A stretch of DNA of 48,749 bases, taken from positions 15,627,690 to 15,676,438 of the forward strand of contig NC_057749.1 in NCBI RefSeq assembly GCF_004010195.1, written 5' to 3'. Of this stretch, positions 23,849-35,385 are shown one piece after another. The notes beneath the pieces are model-generated. The model did no database searches. It had not been told where the DNA came from and saw nothing but the letters and a program-made list of their open reading frames with translations. The DNA is from Chiloscyllium plagiosum. Taxonomy: Eukaryota. Both the position numbers and the translations under genes were made by a program. Position 1 is the stretch's first letter. Each line of letters begins with the position of its first letter.

Positions 23849-23988
23849 GGTTTTAGTCGTCAATCGTCCCTGCTTTTCAAGATCCTCTCCAGTGTTCGCA
23901 ATCACCAGATTAACGCTGACCTGGCTCAGCTTCTGCTACGACTTGATTACAACAAGTATTACACCCATGCTGGGGGCACACTGGGCAG
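23849..23988 (+). CDS. TUBGCP4: TUBGCP4 coding exon (~exon 17), 140 bp
   Basis: aacctag|; GFSRQSSLLFKILSSVRNHQINADLAQLLLRLDYNKYYTHAGGTLG; AG|gtaaga. Confidence 0.95.
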
Positions 23989-24206
23989 GTAAGACAGAGC
24001 AGACACTATGGAGAGGGCAACTCCATCACCTACTGGTTAAATACATGGTTTTGTGCAGTGCAGTATGTCTGTCTAACATAATTCTGTATTTGGTGTAAAT
24101 ACAGATCTGGTGTACAGCTGTACAAGAGGATAAATACAGATCTGCTGTGGTGTTGGACGAGATGATAATTACACATGTGATGCTGTACTAGAGGATAAAT
24201 ACATGC

Positions 24207-24940
24207 TGTCTCACCTTACTGGAATGCACTGGCAAAGAAGCCCCACTGTCACAGAAGTCAAACATTTTATTAAAGTACTCAAAGTGCCCAATTTCCCTGT
24301 CTGTTAGACTCAAGTTAACAGGAAGCATGAGCCAGGTTTCTGTACTTAACAGGAATTACTATTCATTACAAATTGGTTCTAGCTACAGCTAAACAGCTAT
24401 AAATTGTCGACACACGACCTAAACCCCTCATAAAGTCTCCCTCTATATACATAGAGAACAAAACATTAGTGTTATGCATGCTGGGGAAAACTAGGAAGGC
24501 CGTTCAATGATCCCTGCGTACAGAATTGGCAGAGGTGAGCCTTTTAGATCACCAGGACCCACTGCCCTTCAGTCTCTCTTCTCCAGCTGCTTTCACTTGC
24601 TGAGTGGAGGGATAAAGTAATTGTTTCACAATTTATAAACTCTCTGACTTATTGGTTAAAAGCAACACCTTTCAACAACTGGTAAGAGAAAATAAATGGC
24701 TTCCTTCCTTTCCAGAGGTCTGGAGGATTTTGGCCTTTCTTGTTCACACCCACAAGCTGGTCAACTATTTGGGAGCCAATCACATTGTTGTGCAAGCAGA
24801 AAGCCTTTTTCACTGACAACTGGTCACCGTTAAACAGACTAATCAGCAGCTTGTTGCTAGCTGAATCTTCCTTTATACTCACCCCCAGCCCCAATTCATC
24901 TGTAGTTAACACCATCCCTATGCTCTTGGTTTTCACAACA
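24207..24940 (-). mobile_element. Possible solo LTR
   Basis: Minus strand begins TGTTGTGAAA; TATA-like ~24445, AATAAA ~24267; interrupts a 34-bp tandem array; no clear TSD. Confidence 0.35.
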
Positions 24941-24989
24941 CTCCTTTTCCCGTTTCAGTCCACAATCAAAAATACATGAAAATAAAAGA

Positions 24990-25772
24990 TATAGAGTCAT
25001 AGAGCTGTACAGCACGGAAACAGACCCCTTGATTCAACTTGTCCATGCCAACCAGATATCTTACATTAATTTTATTCCCATTTGCCAGCATTTGGCCCAT
25101 ATCCCTCTAAACCCTTCCCATTCATATACCCATCCGGATGCCATTTAAATATTGAAAGTGTACCAGCCTCCACACCTCCTGCAGCAGCTCATTCCATTCA
25201 CTCACCACCCACTGTGTGAAAAGGTTGCCTCTTAGGTGCCTTTGAAATCTTTCCCCATTCACCTTAAGCCTATGCCCTCTAGTTTTGGACTCCCCTATAC
25301 TGGGGAAAAGACCATGACTATTCACCCAACCGTGCCACTCATGACTTTATAAATTTCTGTATAGGGTCACCCCTCAGCCTCTGATGCTCCAGGGAAAATA
25401 ACCCCATCCTATTCAGCCTCTCCCTTTGGCTCAAACCCTCCAACCTGGCAACATCCTTGTGAATATTTTCTGAACCTTTTCAAGTTTCACAATGTCTTTC
25501 CTATAGCAGGGAGACAGAATTGAACACAGTATTCCAAAAGTTGCCTCACTAATGTCCGGTACAGCTGCACATAACTTCCCAATTCCCATACTCAATATAT
25601 GGATCAATAAAGGCAAGCATACCAAACATCATCTTCGCAATCCTGTCTGTCTGTGTCTCTGCTTTCAAGGAATTACGAACCTGCACTCCAAGGTCTCTTT
25701 GTTCAGCAATACTCCCCAGGACCTTACCATTAAGTATATAAGACCTGCCCTGAATTGCCTTTCCAAAATGCA
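24990..25772 (-). mobile_element. CR1/HER1-type LINE, 5'-truncated
   Basis: ORF fragments DLGVQVRNSLK, KDIVKLEKVQKIFTRMLPG, SKTRGHRLKV; same 3' tail as the other copies. Confidence 0.9.
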
Positions 25773-25901
25773 GCTGTACTGGGGATAAATACTCACCTGG
25801 TGTTGTGCTGTACTGGGGACAAATACCCATCTGGTGTTGTGCTGTACTGGGGATAAATTCCCATCTGGTGCAGTGTTGTATTGGGGGTACATACACATCT
25901 G
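25773..25901 (+). repeat. 34-bp minisatellite, ~4 copies; degenerate copies also at ~24085-24206
   Basis: Unit approx. GCTGTACTGGGGATAAATACCCATCTGGTGTTGT. Confidence 0.85.
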
Positions 25902-26147
25902 TCTACGCATGCTGGGTTCTGTGTGCACACAAACATCATGTGCAAGTAGGTACAATTTCTTGACTTGGCTGCCCCTGTTCCCAAACAAGCCCCTTCCTCC
26001 CTGGACATCTGGTGCCTGTAGAATCATGTCCCAGGATGTGTCATTTTTATGAGAAGGTTTGAAACTGGGGGGGAGAATGGGTTTGAGTTTGGGCGATTTG
26101 AGCAAAAAACAAAGTAGTTTTGATTTGTCCAACTCTACAAAATATTT

Positions 26148-26505
26148 AGGGGAAGCAATAGCCTTGCCATATTATCACTGGACTGTTAATCCAGAGACCC
26201 AGGTAATGTTCTGGGGACCCAGGTTTGAATCATGCTGCGTCAGATGGTGGAATTTGAATTCAATTTTTTAAAACTCTGAAACTCAGAGTCCAATGATAAC
26301 AATGAATCCATTGTCAATTGTTGGAAAAACCCATCTGGTTCTCGAATGTTCTTTAGGGATGTAGGCAGCCATCTTTACCTGGTATGCCCTGCAGACCCAC
26401 AGCAATGTGGATGACTCTGAGCTGCCCTCTGGGCAATTAGGTTTGGGCAATAAATGCTCGTCTAGCCAGTGATGCCCTCATCCCGTGAATGAAAGAAGAA
26501 AAAAC
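26148..26505 (+). mobile_element. tRNA-headed SINE with LINE-derived tail (other copies ~28400-28700 on -, ~12720-12845 on -)
   Basis: Head ...CACTGGACTGTTAATCCAGAGACCCAGG...GGTTTGAATC; tail GCAATAAATGCT...CATCCCGTGAATGAAAGAAGAAAAAA. Confidence 0.75.
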
Positions 26506-26543
26506 CTTGTTTCTCTAACAAAGCATTTTATTTTATTTTTCAG

Positions 26544-26556
26544 TTTTGCCATTTGA
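26544..26556 (+). CDS. TUBGCP4: TUBGCP4 terminal coding exon (S-F-A-I-stop), followed by 3' UTR
   Basis: ttttattttattttcag|T TTT GCC ATT TGA; phase fits the previous exon (AG+T=Ser); human protein ends SFGM*. Confidence 0.85.
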
Positions 26557-28018
26557 TCTCTGAGCAAGATGGACTCCTGGCCCAGCCGGGTTCTGACCTT
26601 CACCAGCATCTGACCTTCCCTGTCTGTCTGCGGAGTGAGCTTGTGTCTGAACCTCCTAACTCGAAGACTGGCTGCAGCTCATCCCCTCACAGAAATCAAC
26701 CAACTGCTCGAAACCTTCACGAATGGAGACTTTGTGGGCTTACACTTTAAACCTGTAGCCATTTTATACAAACTTGTCAGCCAGGGTTTGTGAGCTTTTT
26801 TCTTTACTGACATTTTACCTAATTTCTCTCAAATCTCTCTCTCTGTCTTTATCTTAGTCTCCCTTGAATGCTATCACTATCTCTATGTCTGTCTCTTGTC
26901 TCTCTTTATCTTTCTCTGACTCTCACGTTCTCTCTGTCTCTCTCTTTCTCTGTCCCACTCTCTCTCTTCCTCTGACTCTAACTATCTCAGTTTATGTGTG
27001 TGTGTGTGTAGCTCGCTTAAGTTATTTCAACTTGCCATACCATTTTATCTGAAACTTTATAAAATCCTCATACACTCTGATGTTTTGTTCCCATTATCCC
27101 CATTCTCCTCTCTCTGACAGTTTGTCTTAGAGAGAGTTGGGGTTGAGATGTGAATGTGTTACAAGACCTGGTCTCAGATCCACTTTCCCTGGTACCATAA
27201 GCTCACTTTAGAATTACTCATGACGAAATTCTCAGTAGTGTGATGAGCCTTTCAAGATTTCTGGACCGTTATCGTAAAACACTGATTGGACTGATCAAAA
27301 GCCATGAACAATTGAGAGTCCCTGCACTGTCTGCCTGTTTCTGGGAGATATTTGGAATAGTACAGGTTACAGTTGCCTACAGGAGTGCACTATCAATGAA
27401 ACATCAGTGTCCTCCTGCTTCAACTATTGATTCCAATCCTCAAAGTATTCACTCTTCTGCCCCATGCTTCTCTGGTTTCCCACTGGGCAAAACACTGGAG
27501 TTTCTGCCTCGATCCCTGGTTTGAAATCTGACCCACTATCCCCTGGATTGTGTTAGAATTCCCATCGAATGACTGTCTTTAATTTGGGAGTTGCATGAAC
27601 CACTATCGTGAGGACATTTTACTGGGTCTGTGGTGTGTTTAATGAGGCAAAACCAAAGGAGCAGTTGTCATGGACCATGTTGTGAAGATGCTTGCTGCAA
27701 GAAACAGCAGAGAGATCTGTTCCTGACGTGACTTGCTCTGACAAGAAAATAAAATAATAGAACCTTTCACTGCCTTCCAATGAAGTAGTGATTGCCACAT
27801 TCTGTTTTCAGACCAGTGATTGAATGGTTGTTGCTAAACACAGTGTAATTTCATCAGCTGTTTTTTGATAATCAATATTACAGCCCCACAGGCCATTCTC
27901 ACCCACTGTTGTCCCGGGAGTAACGCAAGCTGGGCCCGTTTTGTACACAATACAAAACCGAGTCTGTGTACAAAAGTGTGTACCTGTGGATAGGGCCCAG
28001 TTCTGTGGCATTGGTGTA

Positions 28019-28024
28019 AATAAA
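28019..28024 (+). terminator. Candidate TUBGCP4 polyadenylation signal (alternative AATAAA at 27748-27753)
   Basis: AATAAA preceded by several TGTA motifs within ~80 bp and followed by repeat-derived sequence. Confidence 0.45.
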
Positions 28025-28047
28025 GCAGCAACCAGCACTGTCACTGT

Positions 28048-28350
28048 ACAGAGTCCCTACAGTGAGGGAGCAGACCAGTCAGCCCATCAAGTCCATACTG
28101 ACCCTCCAAAAAGCATCCATTCCCCCTACCTGAACCCTGCCTTTCCCATGGCTAATCCAACTGGCCTTACATGTTCCTGGACACTGCAGACAATTTAGGA
28201 TGGCCAGTCCACCTAACCTGCAGATCTTTGGACTGTGGGAGGAAACCCACACAGACATGGGGAGAATGTGCAAACTCCACACATGAATTGAACCTGGGTC
28301 CCTGGCGCTGTGAGGCAGCAGTGCTAACTGCTGAGCTCACTGTGCTGCCA
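28048..28350 (-). mobile_element. HE1-type V-SINE
   Basis: Same head, V-domain and tail. Confidence 0.85.
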
Positions 28351-29374
28351 TCTTGATTGTGGTGGTTGTGGGTTACTTAAACCGTTTAATGATTGGTGCA
28401 CATGGGGATACACATCCCTACCAATCCCTTAATTGCCCAGAGTGTAGTTGAGAGGCAGCTACATTGCTGTTGGTGTGAAGTCACATGTAGGCCAGATTTC
28501 CCTCCCTGCAGTGCATTAGTGAACCCGATGGGATTTTAACCAACAATGGTCGTTAGTAGATCCTTAATTCCAGATTTGTTTTACATTGAATTCAAATTCT
28601 ACCATTTGCCATGGCAGGATTGGAGCCTAGGTCCCCAGGAGATTAGCTGAGTTTCTGGATTAATAGTCCACTGGTAATACCACTAGACCATTGCCTCCCT
28701 GTGTATCTTATTTTACTGCTGCAGTTCAAGGCAATATTTTGAATCTGCCTTTTCCAATCCCCTGTCCATCCTTTTAATCCTCCATCAGATCACCCAACCC
28801 CACCTCAGCCCACCCAGCTGCCCGTAGTTGTTCCTCCATGATGAAGTAACAAGTGGCTCTTTATCTTTGCAGAACAAGAAGGCAAATCCTTAAAGTGATT
28901 TGCAAAACATGAGAAAAAAATCTCTTGAGTGTTTGGGGTATGGACATGTGGCGGAGGCAGATTCATTTAGACATTCGAGAGGACACTGGACAATTACTTG
29001 GATAGAAATGATATGCAAGGGAAAAAGAAGAGGGCAGCACTAGAAGAAGACACTAATTTGAAGAGCTAGTGCAGGTACAGTGGGCTGAATGGCCTCCTAT
29101 ACCCTGAGATTTCTGTGAATTTGTGCAGCAGATACTGCGAATGTTGCTTAAAGAAGAAGCGAAGACATTGAGACAGTCATTAACAACAACGAACTTTGGA
29201 TGCTGGAAAATCTGAAACAAAAACAGAGAAATGCTGGAGAAACTCAGCAGCTCTGACAGCATCTGTAGAGAAGAAAACAAAGTTGACCTTTCAAGTCCAG
29301 TGATCCTTCATCAGAAACATTAAATCTGTTTCTCTCTTCATGGGTGCTGCCGGACATAAGCTTCTCCATGGTGT

Positions 29375-29547
29375 AGAGATGCCAGTGTTAGACTGGGCTG
29401 GGCAAAGTCAGAAGTCACATGACACCAGGTTATAGTCCAACAGGTTTATTTGAAATCACAAGGTGAACCCGACAAAGGGGCAGCGTTCCGAAAGCTTGTG
29501 ATTTCAAATTAACCTGTTGGACTATAACCTGGTGTCACGTGATTTCT
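29375..29547. mobile_element. Penelope-like (second family) inverted-repeat fragment
   Basis: 53-bp arms 29410-29462 / 29495-29547 around a degenerate hammerhead-like centre. Confidence 0.65.
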
Positions 29548-29989
29548 AAGTTTCTCCAGTACACTGGTTTTGGTGGAGATAGTGATTTAAAGTACTTTTG
29601 AAAGACAGTTACTGTGGTAGTGTTGCAGTTCTGTGCAGCAAGAGGAGGAGGTGGCCATGGGCCCTGGACCTCTCACGGAGCAGCAACTCTGCTGAGCCTG
29701 ACCCCTGTAATTGTGGAGGACCACAAGAGTTAATAAAGACTTCTTTGTCCCCTCCCCCTCCCTTCCATTCTTCTCATCGACCTTCCTTCCAGCCACCCAA
29801 TGGATTCACTCCTCCCATCGGCGGCTCCACTTACACCCACCCCCAGTCCTGAAGAAGGGTTACAACCAAAACATTGATTTCTCCACCCCCTGATGCTGCC
29901 TGACTTGCTGTGTTCTTCCAGCCTCCTGCTTGTCGACCTTGGATTTCAGCATCTGCCGTTTTTCTGTCTCTAAATTTGGAATTGATTTT

Positions 29990-30912
29990 AAGAGGTATAG
30001 TTAGTAAGTTTGAAGATGACACCAAAATTGGAGGTGTAATGGACAGCGAAGAGGGTTACCTCAGATTACAACAGGATCTGGACCAGATGGGCCAATGGGC
30101 TGAGAAGTGGCAGATGGAGTTTAGATAAATGTGAGGTGCTGCATTTTGGAAAGGCAAATCAGAGCAGGGCTTATACACATAATCGGAAGGTCCTGGGGAG
30201 TGTGGCTGAACAAAGACCTTGGAGTGCAGGTTCATAGCTCCTTGAAAGTGGAGTCGCAGGTAGATAGGATAGTGAAGAAGGCGTTTGGTATGCTTTCCTT
30301 TATTGGTCAGAGTATTGAGTACAGGAGTTGGGAGGTCATGTTGCAGCTGTACAGGACATTGGTTAGGCCACTGTTGGGATATTGTGTGCAATTCTGTTCT
30401 TCCTATCGGAAGGATGTTGTGAAATTAAGAGTTCAGAAAAGATTTACAAGGATGTTGCCAGGGTGGAGGATTTGAGCTATAGGGAGAGGCTGAATGGGCT
30501 GGGGCTGTTTTCCCTGGGGCGTCAGAGGCTGAGGGGTGACCTAATAGAAGTTTATAAAAGCATGAGGGGCATGGAAAAGATAAATAGACAAGGTCTTTTC
30601 CCTGGGGTGGGAGAGTCCAGAACTAGTGGGCATAGGTTTAGGGTGAGAGGGAAAATATTTAAAAGGGACCTAAGGGGTAACTTTTTCACGCAGAGGGTGG
30701 TGCGTTTGTGGAGTGAGCTGCCAGAGGAAGTGGTGGAGGCTGGTACAATTACAACATTTAAAAGGCATCAGGATGGGTATATGAATAGGAAGGGTTTAGG
30801 GGGATATGGGCTAAATGCTGGCAAATGGGACTAGATTAATTTAGGATATCTGGTTGCCATGAACGGATTTGACCGAAGGGTCTGTTTCCGTGCTGTACAT
30901 CTCTATAACTCT
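29990..30912 (+). mobile_element. CR1/HER1-type LINE, 5'-truncated
   Basis: SKFEDDTKIGG...LQQDLDQMGQWAEKWQMEF; LVRPLLGYCVQF; RLRGDLIEVYK; intact 3' tail. Confidence 0.92.
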
Positions 30913-31299
30913 TAACACCTCCTTTGTCATTCAGCATTGTTAGCTTTGGTAGTTGTTCATTATTTTGACACCAGAGGGTGCTCTTAGCGCATGTAAACCA
31001 CACTTCAATTACTAATAGAGTCATCGAGTTAAATAGCACAGACTTCTTCCAAATGAGCCCTGGCTGATGGATATTTGGAAACAGGGGGCATCACAATTCA
31101 GTCTAAACACTGCAGAATACCGTGTATGTTGGGTACCTTGGGGAGGTAATGATTAAACTGGCTTCCCTGCATCTTGGAGAGACTGCCTTTCCAAGCTGTT
31201 GGGTTAAGGTAGCATAGTGGTTATGTGACTAGACTGATTTAGAGATGGGTTCGCATCCCAACACAGCAGCTGGGGAATCTAAATTCAGTTAACTCCATA

Positions 31300-32240
31300 A
31301 ATTGGGAAAACAGGTGATGCACTTGGGCAGGATAAACGAGGCAAGGGAATACTCCATGAACGGTAGGACATGGGAAGCACTGAGGATGAGAGGGATCTTG
31401 GTGTACAGTCCCTCAAGGCTGCAGGAGAGGTGGATAGAGTGGTTAAGCAGGCAAAAGGGATACTTGCCTTTATTAGCCAAGGCATAGAGTATGGGTGCAG
31501 GGAGATTAAACTGATTCTGCATAAAACATTGGTTAGACCACAGCGAGAGTATTGTGTGGAACCCTTGGTATAGGAGAAATGTGATAGCACTGGAGGGTGT
31601 GCAGGGAGATTTACCAGGATGTTGCCTGGGCTGGAGAGAGATCAGACAAACTGGGGTTACCTTCCTTAGAGCAGAGGAGATTGAAAGGGGCCAAGATTGA
31701 GAATACATTTGTGAGAGGAGAGACAGGAATAAACCATTCCCCTGGTCCCCTCTGACCAGTGGCATTGATTTAAGATATGGGGAAAAACATTTGGAGGAGA
31801 TGTGAGGATAAACCTTTTCTCCCAGAGGGTGGTAGCAATCTGGAACTCACAGCCTGAAGGGGATGGGAAGGCAGAAACTCTCAATATATTCAGATGTGCA
31901 ACAAAAGCAGAAATTTCTGGCAAAATGAAGTAGGGTTGGGCAGCATTTGTGCGAGAATGCAGAGTTAACGTTCAAGTACAAGTTAAAGCATTAATTCTGT
32001 TTCCTCCCCGCAGATACTGCCAGACCTGCTGAGTTTTGCCAGTGATTTCTGTATTTATTGCAGATCCCCTGCATCCGCAGCTCATTGTTTCAGTTTAAAT
32101 GTGCACTCGTGACACCCAAACATACCAGGTTATGGGCCAAGTGCTGGAGGAATATGGAATTAGAATCGTTAGGTGGTTTGTTTTGACTGGCACAGGTTCG
32201 ATGGGCTGAAGGGTCTCTTTCTGTGCGGCTGACCTCTATG
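31300..32240 (+). mobile_element. Older CR1 LINE fragment interrupted by a Penelope-like fragment (~31900-32090)
   Basis: ERDLGVQSLK...LVRPQREYCV; 3' tail resumes at ~32095. Confidence 0.8.
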
Positions 32241-32519
32241 GCTGTGTTAGTAACAGTGAGGGTGACTGTGAACATCCTAGAGAACTATAAAACCCTTCCC
32301 ATTCGGTAATGGCCTTTCCAGTTGAGGAAATCCTTAGCCCCCAAAACCCTCTAGATGCGACTCCAGACCCACAACAATATGACTTTACCATCCTCTAGAA
32401 ATGGCCAGCCACGTCATTCAGTTGTGCATCTGGAATTAGTTCACCATCACCCTCTCAAGGCCGGTCAGAGATCAGGAATAAATGCTGCGCCCCAAGATTG
32501 AATAAAACTACAAAAAACT

Positions 32520-32758
32520 CAGAGGTTCAATTCCAGCCTCAGGTGACTGTCTATGTGGAGTTTGCACATTCTCCCCATGTCTGTGTGGGCTTTTGCATGG
32601 TGCTCTGGTTTCCTCCCACAGATGCACAGGTTAGGTGGGTCAGCCAGGGTTAGAGGGATAGGTAGGGGAGTGGGTCTGGGTGGGATGCTCTTTGGAGGAT
32701 CAGTGTGGACCCGATGGGCCGCATGGTCTGCGCCCACACTGTAGGGATGCTATGATTC
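32520..32758 (+). mobile_element. HE1-type V-SINE, 5'-truncated
   Basis: Starts at the B box GGTTCAATTCC; V-domain; tail CACACTGTAGGGATGCTATGATTC. Confidence 0.85.
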
Positions 32759-33514
32759 TCAAATGGCTTTGAAGTCTCAGGAGTGGAAATCCTGTTTTGC
32801 CTCGAGTGTTTATTTAAGAGGAATGTACGGAAATGAATAAGTGACCATAATAACTATCAGCCAGGAGTGAACAGAAAAGAATTTGTGACTCAGGTAATAA
32901 ATATCTGTCAGGGAATGATAGTGTGGAAAGTTAATGGTTAATGAAACCCGTTTGAAGAAATTGAGAACAGTTTAGCCAGGAAGTTGTATTTGTGGCGTGA
33001 ACTACTACAACTATTTCTCAGAATAAAGTCACCAAACGATTCAGGAATGGATATGTCCTGAGGGGTGCCTTGATGTGTGCCTTTCATGGGAACAAAATCT
33101 GACGGGAAATGGAGGAGCCCATCAGGGTATTCACAGAGGGACAGAATGTACTGTTTGTACAGAGGGCTGCTGCACTGCCTGGAAAGCAGCTTTGTCATGT
33201 GTCAATCCCCCCTCCAGTGTCTCATGCTCAGTCAGGACGTGTTACTGTGAGCCAGGGAAAGGAGGATGTTAAATGGGAACAAACAGCCTTTCATGAAGAG
33301 GACACACTCTGATCCTCGCAAGGCATGTAGTGATGGTTCTGGTGTAGTTGATTACTGGAGCTGAGGAGGAGGCAGTGAAAGTGTCCAGCCATCAGCATCA
33401 GCCCAGCTGAGGATTTATTATCCTGGCTTATAAAGTTATATTGCATATTAATGTTTATTTCCCACAGACCCACTGGCCAGGCCAGCATTTGTTCCCATTT
33501 CAGTGGGTATTTAA

Positions 33515-33797
33515 GAGTCATAGAGTCATACAACATGGAGGCAGACCCTTTGACCCATCTCAATCATGCTGTCCAGGTTTACTGAACTGAACTACTCCCA
33601 TTTTCCTGTGTTTGGCTCATTCCCCCTAAGCCTTTCCTATCCATGTCCAAATGCCTTTTAAATGCTGTCTGTACCAGCCTCTACCACTTCCTCTGGCAGT
33701 TCATTCCATTCACGCACCACCCTCTGTGTGAAAAAAATTGCCTCTTAGATCCCTTTTAAATCTTTCCCTGCTCACCCTAAACCTATGCTCTCTAGTT
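33515..33797 (-). mobile_element. CR1/HER1 3' fragment inserted into a SINE
   Basis: Reverse complement of the HER1 tail; SINE sequence on both sides. Confidence 0.8.
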
Positions 33798-33889
33798 TTC
33801 TACATTGCTGTGGGGTCTGGAGTCACATGTAGACCAGGCCAGGTAAGGATGGCAGATTTCCTTCCCTAAAGGAAACCATATCCATATAA

Positions 33890-34860
33890 ACACGGAAAAC
33901 AGGAAGAGGCCATTCAGCCCTTTAAGGCTGCCCTGTCCATTCATATGATTATGCTGATCATCTGACTCAGTCCCCTGTTCACACACTCTCCCCATACCCT
34001 TTGATCCCTTTACTCCTAGGAACCATATCTAACTCCTTCCTGACAATATTGTATTCTTTTACCTTAATTACTTTCTGTGGCAGAGAACTCCCCATTCTCT
34101 GGGTGATGAAATTTCTCCTCAGCTCACTCCTAAATAGCTTATCCTTAGACTGTGCACCTCTGGTTCTGGACTCACCAGTCATCAGGAACAGTGCTTACTC
34201 TGTCTCATCCTGTTAAGAGTTTTACAGGTTTCTATGAGATCTCACCCCATTCTTTTAAACTCTAGTGAGTATGGTCCTAACCAAATCAATCTGTCTTCAT
34301 AGGTCAGTCCTGCCATTCCCGGGGATCAGGAGTGAAGAGAAAGTGAGGACTGCAGATGCTGGAGATCAGGGTCGAGTGTGTGGTGCTGGAAAAGCACAGC
34401 AGGTCAGGCAGCATCTAAGGAGCAGGAGAGTCGATGTTTCGGGCATAAGCCCTTAATCAGGAATGAGGTCATTCTCCAGCTCCTCGGATACTGCCTGACC
34501 TGTGCTTTTCCAGTCCCAGGGGTCAGTCTGATAAACCTTTGTTGTACTCCCTTCACAGCCAGAACATCCATCCTCAGGTAAGGAGACTAAAACAGGACAC
34601 AGTAGTCCAGGTGTGTGGTCTCACCAAGATCCTGTACAATTGCAGTGAGACATCCCTGTACCTGTACTTGCTCTAAAGACCTTCTCCACCACCTGCTGCA
34701 CCAACATGTTTATTTTGGTGTACAAGGGCACTCAGGTCTTGTTGCACCTTCCCCTTTCCCAATCTATTGCCATTTAGCTAATAATCCACCTTCCTATTTT
34801 TACTAGCAAATTGTGTAACCTCGCATTATACTTCATTTGCTGTGCATTTGCCAACTTATT
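33890..34860 (-). mobile_element. CR1 LINE fragment interrupted by a Penelope-like fragment (~34335-34515)
   Basis: GESRTRG...ELRRNFITQR motifs; CR1-type tail. Confidence 0.75.
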
Positions 34861-34869
34861 CAATGTGGA

Positions 34870-35385
34870 CTTCACTAGTTTCCTCATTTCCCCTCCCCCC
34901 ACCTTATTCCAGTTCTGTACTTCCAGCTCAGCACTGTCCTCATGACCTGTTCATTTTCCTTCCCATCTATCCGCTCCACCCTCCTCTCTGACCTATCACA
35001 TTCTCAGCTATCTTCTCCCCAGCCCCATCCCCTCCCATTTATCTCCCTACCCCCTTGGCTCACAGCCTCATTCCTGATGAAGGACACCTTGGTGGTTAGC
35101 ACTGCTGCCTCACAGCACCAGGGACCAATGTTCGATTCCAGCCTCAGGTGACTGTCTGTGTGGAGTTTGCACATTCTCCCCGTGTCTGCGTGGGTTTCCT
35201 CCCACAATCCAAAGATGTGCAGGTTAGGTGAATTGGCCATGCTGGAATCTAACCCAAAAAAAAAGGGCTTTTGCCTGAAACGTCGATTTTCCTGCTCTTC
35301 GGATGCCGCCTGACCTGCTGTGCTTTTCCAGCAACACTCTAATCTTGACTCTAATCTCCAGCATCTACAGTACCCACTTTCACCC
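34870..35385 (+). mobile_element. Penelope-like 3' region split by an HE1 SINE
   Basis: C-rich tract, then CCTGATGAAGG...[SINE]...AGGGCTTTTGCCTGAAACGTCGATTTTCCTGCTC. Confidence 0.7.
35087..35264 (+). mobile_element. HE1-type V-SINE, 3'-truncated, nested in a Penelope-like element
   Basis: GGTGGTTAGCACTGCTGCCTCACAGCACCAGGGACC head; ends in an A-run. Confidence 0.85.

Larger units (their letters stand above)
1548..26556 (+). other. TUBGCP4: TUBGCP4 gene, 3' part (11 coding exons; 5' exons lie upstream of the window)
   Basis: Spliced translation RLIEEENML...GGTLGSFAI* matches the C-terminal ~425 aa of vertebrate GCP4; all GT-AG with compatible phases. Confidence 0.97.

Noticed and set aside
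25773..25901. CRISPR-like 34-bp repeats
   Set aside because: Units are contiguous with no unique spacers; eukaryotic intron, no cas genes
29910..30834. RT-like ORFs as a functional gene
   Set aside because: 5'-truncated, frameshifted CR1 copy
32940..33450. Short overlapping ORFs in unique intergenic sequence
   Set aside because: No recognisable motif or convincing splice structure
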